From: Camelus dromedarius
Taxonomy: Eukaryota
Length of the DNA stretch: 64,000 nucleotides
Direction of reading: 5' to 3'
NCBI RefSeq assembly: GCF_036321535.1
Contig: NC_087460.1
Location: forward strand, 1,922,001 to 1,986,000
Position 1 is the stretch's first letter; each line of letters starts with the position of its first letter. Made by a program: the position numbers and the translations under genes. The notes under the pieces are model-generated. The model saw only the letters and a list, made by a program, of their open reading frames with translations, made no database searches and was not told the origin of the DNA. Below, one piece after another: positions 13,384-23,584 of the stretch.

Positions 13384-14722
13384 ATGAGAATATATCTTAA
13401 GACTCTGTCCTGGGTTCATGAGGAACCCTCAGCGTCCTCACTCCCGCTGCCCATCTCCGACGCAGAGGTGGCGGTGAGCGGTCTGGGGACCAGACGGTGG
13501 GCGAGGGGAGGGCGTGCGTGTCCACTTGCCCACACACGTCCATTTGAACCCTGCTTGGCAGGAAGGGTGGAAAGGAGGGGATCAGAGGATTTGTAAGAAG
13601 ATCTCAGCAGGGAGGCCTTTAATCTCTGAAGCAACTGCTTGCATGGGGACCATGTTGTCAAGGGTGACCTTGGAGGCCAAGGAGCCAGAGGCCCTGGCGA
13701 ACTGCCACCTCTCATCAGGCAACGGAGTCCTGAAAGACCAGAAAGAAGGCCAAAGACTGACCCAGGAGAGGTTCCAAACCTGCCCCTGAAAGGAACATCC
13801 CAGTCTAGAGATTACGGAACTGAAGCTCTCAAAGGAAGAAAGGCTTGCCTGAGCACCCGCGGTAAGTCAGCTTCAAAGCTGGGATTTAAACAGAGGTACG
13901 GCCCAGTGCTCCTGCCGGCCGGTCCCGGAAGCCCTCCCGAGTGTACCCGGGGTGGGTGCCGCTCCCCAGCCGCTGAGCTTTGGTGCCAGGTACGTCCCCC
14001 GAACAGCTCTTGCTCTCAGCAAAACCCTTAACTTCCAACTTACCCCCCCCCCCATCAACGCGGATCTCTGCCGGGGTACACGTGGAAAGACGGAGGCAGT
14101 GCTGAACATCATGGAAAAAAGAGTGGCTGAAGAATGTGCGTTCGGTGGCAGGTGTGGACACGGATGGCTGAGGGCCTGGGCACAGCTGTGTCACGGGCCG
14201 AGAAGCTGAAGGCAAAAGGGCCAGCTGAGGAATGTGTCCACACACTAGGAGGAGTCTCTCATTCCTACCAGATCATAAACTCTGCAGGGGAAGAGACAGA
14301 GGCCGACATTCTCTGAGCTCCTAACATGTGCTAGGCTTATGTTCAATCTAATCGGGCAACTAACATGTGCGAGGCTCACTAAATCTTACCTAATCAGAAG
14401 AAGAGCTCCACGGGGAGGTCACAGAACCCCAGCCCCCCGACGAAGCATCTGAGCCTTGAAAAGGAACACACACCTTACATAAGGTCCTGGAACTGGGGAG
14501 TCACAAGACTTGGATTTGAACCCCACCCTGCCTCCAATTTCCATAATTTTTTCCAGGAACCATCGATGCTTTTCATCTCACTCAGTCCCCCACAAAAAAA
14601 GTAAATACTCACTAAACATTTTACTTAAGTTTTAAAATGAATCACCTCTGCAGCCATTCAAGATTGGCAAAAAGAAGTCAAGACTGAAAACTGCACATCA
14701 CTCAGTTTCCTGGGCATTTATA

Positions 14723-15181
14723 CACGCAGACCTCACTTTTCTGCACAGATATTGCATTTTTTTTACAAACTGAAGATTTGTGGCAACCCTGCGTGGAGCA
14801 GGTCCACAGGCACCATTTTTCCAACAGCATTTGATCGCCTGGGGTCTCTGCCACATTTTGGTAATTCTGGCAATATTTCAAACCTTTTCATTATTATTCT
14901 GTTTGTTATGGTGATCTGCGGTCAGTGGTCTTTGACGCTACTATTACAAAAATACTATGATTCACCGAAGACTCAGATGACTGTGAGCATTTTCTACCAA
15001 TAAAGTATTTTTAATTAAGGTATGTACGTTGTTTTAGACACAAGACTACTGCACATTTACTAGACTGCAGTGTAGTGTAAACGTAACTGTTATGTAACAT
15101 CAGTGTGCCTCACTTTATTGCAATGTTCACTTTATGGCAGTGGTCTGGAACTGAGCTCACAGGATCTCTGAGATCTATCTG
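14723..15181 (+). mobile_element. Internally deleted Tigger1 derivative (TcMar MITE, Tigger1a-like)
   Basis: Both ends match recalled Tigger1 (cagatattgc..tttgtggcaaccctgcg; gtggtctggaac..gagatctatctg); TA at 14721-14722. Confidence 0.85.
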
Positions 15182-16261
15182 CGAAAATCCTTGGTCTGTC
15201 TGGACTGTCATTTCTCCGCTCCCACCCCCGCCCTTCTTTCTCCTTTTCCCATCCGTGGGCCCTCTTCTCAGGTCCTGTGCCATGAAGCACAATTCCACCA
15301 GCCAAGGAGCGGGGTACAGGCACAGCCCCTGCCAGGCACCACAGGAATGCAGCCTGGAAGAAGAGAAGTGGGCGGGAGGCAGGCAGCACCTGTGCCCTGG
15401 GCTTCCCTGCTTTCTCACCTGTCAGTGAAGGGGCCAGACCTCTGATGTTTGTGACTTTATGCTCCCAGAAGCCACAGCTCTTCATGCTCATGGTCCCTGC
15501 GCTGGCCTGGGAGGGTGAGGAGCCCAAAGGACAAACCTGAGGTTCCTGGCCTCCCTGGCCAGCCCTCTCGGTTAATCAGTACTGTCGGGGGTCCCATGCG
15601 TCATTACATTTCCCTTATAGTTATGTCCTTGTTTTCAATGACAGTCCCTCAGACCCCAGCGTCTGTCAGTAAATTCCAAGGTTTTGATATTCTTTTCACA
15701 CATAAGGAGGTGAGAATTTATTTTGGAATGTCATTCAATGTTTCAACACTTCAATAAACTAAAGAAATCAGGAAAATTATTTTTCAGCTCTTTAGAATTC
15801 TTGTTTTAACGTATTCCAGGATCCACCTGGTTATCACAGCTAACACACTTTTTTTCTTTTCGGTAATCTCTAGGTCAGAGCAGTGAGGTTACGGGTGACT
15901 GTTAATTTCTTCTTCATACTTGTGAACACACCACAGAACTTTTACTGATTTCTTTGTGCCTTGACCTGATCCAGAAAAAAATCAAAGTGGCTTGCAAGCA
16001 CCGCAGAACATAAAATGACATAAATTAGAAGTAGTCGTGGGTAAAAATGAAAAAGATACAGGCAAAAAATTGAAACCAAAATGCAGATCATAAAATCTTT
16101 TACACTTTTCCCCCAATGAATCAAAAACTGAATTCTAAAGCTTTCTAGGAACCAACACAAAGGGAGAAAACAGAATGGTTATACCAATTCACGTGGCCGA
16201 TAAAAATTAAAACGGACAGACTGCTCAGGAGAAGCACAACCAGTTCTAACGTCAGGGCAGA

Positions 16262-16425
16262 AGAAAGTTCTCATCACAAGGAGAAAAGATGCAATTACAC
16301 CTAGCTTAGTTAACTAGACTTAACTAGTTAACTAGACTTACTGTGGTGATCATTCTGTAATACATACGTGTATCAGATCATTCTGTTGTACACTTTCAAC
16401 TAATATGCCAGTTATCTCTCTAAAA
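16262..16425 (+). mobile_element. L1MA 3' end fragment
   Basis: aagttctcatcacaag..ttaactagac..actgtggtgatcatt. Confidence 0.7.
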
Positions 16426-17027
16426 GTGGGGGAAAAAATAAAGGCCAGAAGAAACATTTCTGGAGCGCTCTCGTACACAGAATAGGCAGTGGTCCCTAGT
16501 CCTCCCTTGGAGACTGTCGCAGGACTGCGTCTTATGGCCCTTGGGGCCCTGGTCTTCCTGGGCCACTCCTTAAGTTACTGAGTCAGCTGTGCTGGGGTGT
16601 CTAAAGCACAGAAAGGGAGTTTTACAGGGGTGGGTGTGGCCCAGAGACACCGCCATTACCTGGTATAATGAACATGTGTTATTTTTATAATCACAAAGAA
16701 ATACTGCTTTTAAAATAAATCACATACTGTGTGATTCCATCTCCACAAAGTATAAAAATAGACTAAATTAGTCTATGTGGATGGTAGTGACTGAAAGTGC
16801 CGGCAATGTGTTCCTTCACTGGGCTGCTGGGTGCAAGCGTCTGCTCAGTCCGCGGGGATTCACCAGGCTAGACATCTGCACCTGCACCTTCCTGTGCCTG
16901 TAACATACTTCCATGAAAAGTTAAAAAAAAAACAAGCCCACGAGGACAATTTGCATGCTTATTTTCTAAAATAAAAAAAAGCTGGTCCATAGTTAAGAAA
17001 TTTTAAAATTTAGCATAAAAAATAGCA

Positions 17028-17178
17028 GGGGAGGGTATAGCTCTGTGGTAGAGTGCGTGTCTAGCATGCACAAGGTCCTGGGTTCTATCCCCAGTATTTC
17101 CATTAAAAATAAGTAAATAGAAACCTAATTACCTCCCCCAGCAAAAAAACAATCTAGTATAAAAAAAAGTTACATATT
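17028..17178 (+). mobile_element. Vic-1 type SINE
   Basis: Full head and tail; candidate TSD AAAATAGCAG at 17019-17028 and 17179-17188. Confidence 0.9.
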
Positions 17179-17832
17179 AAAATAGCAGAGATAAAAAGAA
17201 CATTCATTTCTGCTTAGCTCACGGATACGTCTACCGTGAAAGCAGCACTTGTTGGAACCTGGTCTGTAAAAATTTAAAGATCTGTCCATCATGCTTTGCT
17301 CACAATGCATAACTTACTCAGCCCGGCACCCTTTATAACCCTTTCCAAATTAGCCTCATGCCTTCCAGGAGCGCCTTCTATTCTGGAAAACACAGAAACC
17401 CGTTCACTGTGGATCACAAGGTCAGAGGAGGACTGTCTGAAAGCTGGGACCGTGTGGCCGGCCTCGCTGAGACCTCCTCATCCTCGGACAGGAGGAAACG
17501 TGCTCTAGGAAATGGAAAGGGCAGGTCTGGGGACCGGTGGAAGCTCAGCGGCCAAGCAGACAGTGAGCGCGGCTTGGAGCGGCCTCCAGGCCCCCTCCCA
17601 GAGCAAGCTCGGCCCTGGCGGTGGCCGCTCCGCTCCATAAAGCCCAGCACCAGAGGGCGAGACCGGCTCCAAGGCCTGGAAAACTACCACAGGGCACGGC
17701 CAGCTGCTCCGAAAACCAGCACGGAAGGGGCTGCTCCAAAGATCTCGTGCCACAGAGCAGTTAGGACCGTGCGGGTGTCTGAACAGCTCCCGGGCCCAGC
17801 AGGAGCCTGGGGCCTGGGCCCAGACCATAGCC

Positions 17833-17871
17833 CCGGGGTTCCGGGGTTCCGGGGTCCCGGGGTTCCGGGGT
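17833..17871 (+). repeat. (CCGGGGTT)5 octamer repeat
   Basis: Five GGGG runs spaced by 4 nt. Confidence 0.95.
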
Positions 17872-19647
17872 GGCGGCGGGATGGCTGTGGCTCTGCCAGC
17901 CGCGTCAGGGAGGCGCACAGACCAGGGAGGGAGAGGCCAGGGCTGGGTGAGGGGTCCTGTCCTCATACACTTTGGCCCAGTTGCAGACAACGCTGGTCCG
18001 GGGGCAACATACTTTTCGTTAAAAAACACAGATGGCTTAATTCTTACCCTTTGCCTTTGTGCTTAAAGGCTACTGTTGTTTATATGTATCATGGAACATG
18101 GAACAAGAATTCCTAGGTTCTATTCTTGGACCCGTCACTGATAAACAACGCATCTGCCAGTGGAAAATATCAGGTGCTTGGAAATTCAGAGCTTACCATC
18201 TGAAACCAGAAGGTATTCAAGTGCCTCGTGTGTGCCGTGCATTGAACACTGATTCGAAGTTACACGCAGCAGCAGCCAGGCGACTAGAACAGCAGCATAA
18301 AGAGAGGCAAGGAGGACACAGGAAAAGGAGCCAGAGATTCGGTGGGAAAGCGGGGCAGCGTGGCCAGGGCGCATGTGCTGGGGACCCAGCCACCGGGAGC
18401 ACACGGAGCAGCTGTGCCTCCCTCCCCGGCCTCCGCCCTGGGTTTCAGCTCTAAGCCACCCCATCCCCTCTGCCCACACATCCGCCTCATCTGTTTCTCC
18501 CTCTCTCTCCCGCCGGAGTCTCAGATTACTGTTCTGCCCTGGGCTACCTGTTACCGGAGGGTTTGCATCCTTTCCAGGTCAGAATGGCTGTGGTGACCCT
18601 GGGAGCTGCGGGGCCACCTGACATCTGCAGGTGTGCCTCCTCCACCCACTCACAAGGGCCAACCAGAGAGAGACATGTTACAGGTTTCAGGCGTCGAAGG
18701 CCACCTCATCCCGGAGCTTGAGAAAACACTGGAGTTCAGCAGGCAGGCTGGGCACTTGCATGGGGACATTCCAGACCCAAGCCTGCAAGATCCAGAAAGG
18801 GGCTAGAGCACCTGCCCCGCAGCCCAGGCCCTGGGCCAGATATGCTGCCTCGGCTCCAGCACCAAGTTGGTCCCAGCAAGTTGGTCAATTACAGAGCAAA
18901 GAACCTAGAAACCGTTTTAGTCCAGACCTCTGCCCTCAGGCAGTTCATAGCTAATCCAATCTGGACACATGGGTAGAGCTTGTTAAAACCTGCCAGAATG
19001 GAGTCTTTAACTTCCGATCGATCGTAGTCTGTTCCCCAGGGCTGCTTTTAGCCAGTCCACACAAGTCAGTTATCAAAATGTTGGAATGATTAAATGAAGG
19101 CTTTGGTACACAGGGACTGCCCCAGGCCCTTTGAACGTCCCACTAGAGCCCTGATCTGTCCCCAGGAGAGCTCCAGAACCCAGCAGCTAAAGGAATCTTC
19201 GACCTCCACCCCAGCACCCACATCCACACCACAGAACAGCCTTGTTAACCAGTCTTACTATTACCCTGGCTTCTAGGACACTACCCTTTTCTAAAACCTT
19301 CACCTGCTTTCTCTTACCTACTGAATAAATGTCCCTCTTTAGGGCTGTGATCCAAAGTCTTGCCTAATACAGCCCCACCCCACATTCTCCTTCACACTCG
19401 CTGCTTCACCAAATCCAGAGGCTCAACATTCCCAAACACGAACTCTCCCTTGACTCTGGGTCTTCGGGGCTCTGCTCTCTCCGCCTGGAATAGCCTTCTC
19501 TTTCTGTGTCCATTGAAGTCTCACCAACTCCCCAAGAGCTCCTGAAATGTCACCACTTCCATGAAATATTAGTTGAAAGAGCCATGTCCCCGTTCCAGAA
19601 GTGTCACAGCAGCGTGTAAGTTCCACATATACAAAACTTAATGGCTG

Positions 19648-20236
19648 TGGAGAAAACTCTAGTTCAAAAAGACACCTGCANNNNNNNNNNNNNNNNNNNN
19701 NNNNNNNNNNNNNNNNNNNNNNNNNNNNNNNNNNNNNNNNNNNNNNNNNNNNNNNNNNNNNNNNNNNNNNNNNNNNNNNNNNNNNNNNNNNNNNNNNNNN
19801 NNNNNNNNNNNNNNNNNNNNNNNNNNNNNNNNNNNNNNNNNNNNNNNNNNNNNNNNNNNNNNNNNNNNNNNNNNNNTATGGATGGACCTAGAGATGATCA
19901 TACTAAGTGAAGTCAGAGAGACAAATACCATATGGTGTCACTCATATGTGGAATCTAAATAAATGATACATAGAAAACAAACTTATGGTTACCCAAAGGG
20001 GAAAAGTCATGGAAGGATAAATCAGAAGTTTGGGATTAACAGATACACACTACGTATATAATAGATAAACAACAAGGACCTACTATACAGCACAGGGAAC
20101 TATATTCATTACCTTGTAATAACCTATAATGAAAAAGTATATGAAAAAATATACATACAAACACCTGAATCACTTTGCTGTACACCTGAAACAAACACAA
20201 CCTTGGAAATCAACTATGCTTCAATTTTTTTTAAAA
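19648..20236 (+). mobile_element. L1 3' end (laurasiatherian/artiodactyl type), interrupted by N gap
   Basis: atggatggacctagagatgatcatactaagtgaagt...ctatacagcacagggaactatattca...caactatgcttcaat. Confidence 0.85.
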
Positions 20237-23084
20237 ATGGGGGAAAAAATGAAAAACACTTAATGGTTGTTACATTTTGTGATGATTTTCACACATGCAC
20301 CTGAACACCCCTCCTAGAGAGAAACCGTAACGGAGTCCTCATTCCAAGTGACCCAGCGCAACGCCCTGCTCGAGGTATGTGCTGAGCAAATATTTGTTTA
20401 AATGAATGAGTGAACAGCTCTCATTTTTTTGTCCAAGGGACCCATTTTTCTATCCGTTAACGATTCTGGTGGCTTCTCTCTGAAGTTACTCCAACTGTGG
20501 TTGTATCTTTTTCTACATGTGGAACCCAAATTGCACATCCCCAGTATCAAACTACTGGGTTATTCCATGGAGGGAGGAGGTACGCTCCCCTGTCATTGCT
20601 TCGCCACCCTGGAGTTTGTAACTGCCCTCCCTCCATACACTTGTCCCAGCGTCAGATGAGTGCACCAGTCACACAGGGACAGCAAATGAAAGGTTCTTGA
20701 TGGCAGAGGCTGGCCTTACGGATGACAGGAAGGCTGGCGGTGGACTGGGTTGGCAGGGATTGCTAGAGAGAGAAAGGCAGGGTGGCTCGCTGGGAAGCGG
20801 GGCCAAGAGGGGGCTCCAGCTGCTGCAGTCTCCAGGGAGTAGAGGAGGGAACACTAGCAAGCCCCTCCCCACTTCTAGTCTGGCTCCCCTGCTCCCCATC
20901 CCGAAAAAGAGCTGGGAGGAAGACTATAAGACAAGAGAGGACTCTGACGGGTGATGTCTACGCTTCTTAAAATCAAAGAAGGATGGGAGACGAGGGGCCA
21001 GAAACCACAGCCACTGTCTAAATCTCACCGTGAAAGGAAATCAAGAGTGGAACACGACACGACAGCCCAGCACGAGGAGCTGCCTGACAGCAGGTGGGCT
21101 TCAGGGCTCTAGGAGGCTGAGAAGAAGGTACCCGTGCTCCATCAGTGCCCAGGCTTGGACCCCCGTTACAAACGAGGTTCAGGGAAACAGAAATTCAATT
21201 CTGGAATAGGAAGCTGGGAACATTCTTCTGGAGAAGGGTCAGTTTGGAAAAGGAAACAAAGAATAATGAAACCCAGTCAGAGAGTTAAGATTCATCTAGA
21301 AGAGAAAACAAACAGACCCAAGAACTGACGGCTAAGGACGAGACACCAACAGGAGCCAGAGGCCGGGAGCCAGGGTGCGGGGTTGTGACCGTGGCAAGCT
21401 GGTTCTGGGCTCTGAGGGGAAATGCTCGGAGGGAAAGGAAAGGAAAAGTATGTGCTGGGCGCGGGAAGGAGGAAGGGGAGCCACTCATTTCAGGCTCACA
21501 AAGCAGCTGCTTTCCTCTGTTTTTAATCTGTGCAGAGGGTCCACTGGCTACCCATGAACAAGATGGCCGGCGTCCCAGCGGGGAGAGAAGGGAGACCCCC
21601 CAGGGCCTCCTGCCCACCACGTCCATCAGGGCTTGCCCGCTTGGGACTCTGCGTGGCCGTGCTATGGCAGAGTAGGTTCACGTGCTTTCAGAGGACAAAC
21701 AAGACCGGGGACAGCAGGACAGCTGTGGGAAGGCAGACTGGTCCTCAGAAGGCAGAGCCCTCCTCCTTAGAGCTGTGGGCTGACTGGGCAGAGCCCCGCT
21801 CTCAGCGTGCCGAGCTCTCGGACCCCGGAGATGCTCCGGCAGGGGAGACCACCAATCTCCCTGCCCGTGTTGTAGGGAACCTCGGAGATCATTTAGTCCA
21901 ACCTCCTCCTTCCACCTGAGAAGCCGTCATTTCCCCCCTGGACTCCCCGGCCAGTTAGCAGCAGATCCAGGAATGGAACCCCTGTCTCCTGACGCACAGC
22001 CAAAATGATTTCAACTGCCACAGCGTGAGAGGATCCGCCATAAATAACTCTCTCTTCCCTGAACCAGCTCAATTACTGACCCGAGTAACTCCCTGTCTTT
22101 GGCCACAAGAGGAGGCAGAGCGCCACACCCAGTCCTGGCAGGGCAGCTGACACAAGAACTTAGAGCATCTTCGCACTGGAGTCCCGTCAGGCACTCCTTC
22201 AGCGTCCTGAACGGGGAAGGTTTATTACACCAGACAATGTGCTGTAATTATAAAGCCCCACCTCCCAGGCTTGGGAAGGGCACCTGGCAGTTCTGGGAGC
22301 TTCTCCCCACCCCCAAATATTACAGTGACTGTTTACACAGTCCCTGACACTTCGGGAGTTCTCCTTGACTCCGTCAGTAGGAAACTGAAAATCACCTCAG
22401 ACAGCCATGCCTGCCGGAGCGAAGAAAGCTGGCCACCCCCTCCAGTTCTCCCAGGAGGAAACTGAGGCACAGAAAAATCAAGCGGCTCTGGCTCAGTCGA
22501 AAAGAGAAGTAGGAACCTCTCCCCACTGCCTGGCCCACGGAGCTGCCCTCTGCCCTCTGAGAGGGTCTGGGGGTTCAGCCCATTCCGCAGGCTTCCCGAG
22601 GGGGGCGGCAGACAACCTGGTGGGGCGGGGTGGGGGTGACCAGGGCCAGGAGCGGGGACCGCTCAGGGAGGAGGAGGGAGACTCGCAGGAAGAGGAAGGG
22701 GCTAGGAGCGGAGTGGCGTGTGGAAGAGGGGGAGACGAGTGGCCCCCGGAGGTGCTGTTAAAATGAAGGACCCCAGAAAACGCAGCTGGGGAGCAGAAGG
22801 AGCGAGCCGCGGGGAAGGCGGGGAGCAGTTCGGGCAGCGCGGCCCTGAGCGCGCGGCCCGGGTGGAGGCGGCCAAGGGCACCTCGGACACGGACCCCAGC
22901 CCGCCCGGGGTGCCCAGGTCCCGGCCGGCGTGCCCCCAGCCCCACGCCGGCGCTCGGCTCCGCGGCTCCCTCGCCGTCCCTCGGGCGCGGGCGCCCGGCA
23001 CCGGGAGCCCACGAGAGGCGGAGCGCGGGTCTCCGCTGGGGGGCGGTCCCCCGACGCGGCAGCCGCGGCCCCGGCGCTACTTAC

Positions 23085-23253
23085 TCCGGTTCAGGGGGTT
23101 CCCGCCGACCTGGGCCGACGCCGCCAGCTCCAGATAGAGAGTCCAGAGCCCGAGGGACACCAGGGCGAGCAGCAGCAGCAGCCGGAAGCGCCTCCGCAGC
23201 AGCTTGAGCGGGCGCTGGAGCAGCAGGAGCCGCGCAGCCCGGGGGCCCCCCAT
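23085..23253 (-). CDS. B4GALNT3: Beta-1,4-N-acetylgalactosaminyltransferase 3, coding exon 1 (cytoplasmic tail plus type II signal anchor); later exons lie beyond the left edge
   Basis: Kozak-like GCGCCATGG at 23253; translates [56 protein letters not shown], matching the recalled human N-terminus [27 protein letters not shown]; 169 nt, phase-1 donor A|GTAAGT at 23084-23079; CpG island; synteny. Confidence 0.97.
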
Positions 23254-23431
23254 GGCGCTGCGCCCCCGGCCCGGCCCCGCGCCCCGCCCGGCCCTCAGCG
23301 CCGCGCACCGGCCGCCTCCCCCGGCCGCTCCGCCGCGGGGCGCCGGCTTATGCCCCGCGCAGGCCCCGGGCTCTCGGCGCAGCCCGGCGCCTCCCGAGGT
23401 CCCGCGCCTCTCGCGCCCACGGCCGGTGCAG

Positions 23432-23584
23432 GCTCGCCGCCTCGCCGCTCGCCGCCTCGCCGCTCGCCGCCTCGCCGCTCGCCGCCTCGCCGCTCGCCGC
23501 CTCGCCGCTCGCCGCCTCGCCGCTCGCCGCCTCGCCGCTCGCCTCGCCGCTCGCCGCCTCGCCGCTCGCCGCCTCGCCGCTCGC
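23432..23584. repeat. 15-bp GC-rich tandem repeat (GCTCGCCGCCTCGCC)n, ~10 units
   Basis: 7 perfect units, one 12-bp unit, 2 perfect units, partial unit. Confidence 0.98.

Noticed and set aside
15784-15800. U7 snRNA-like cagctctttagaatt
   Set aside because: Only about 15 nt match, no 3' hairpin; chance level.
17358-18116. 252-aa ORF in B4GALNT3 intron 1
   Set aside because: Low-complexity P/R/G/S composition of GC-rich DNA; no recognisable domain.
1-23084. B4GALNT3 exon 2 (YGSWRELAKALASRN...)
   Set aside because: Not found by eye on the minus strand; intron 1 evidently extends beyond the window, although gaps hide about 520 nt.
23432-23584. CRISPR-like array
   Set aside because: No spacers; eukaryotic head-to-tail minisatellite.
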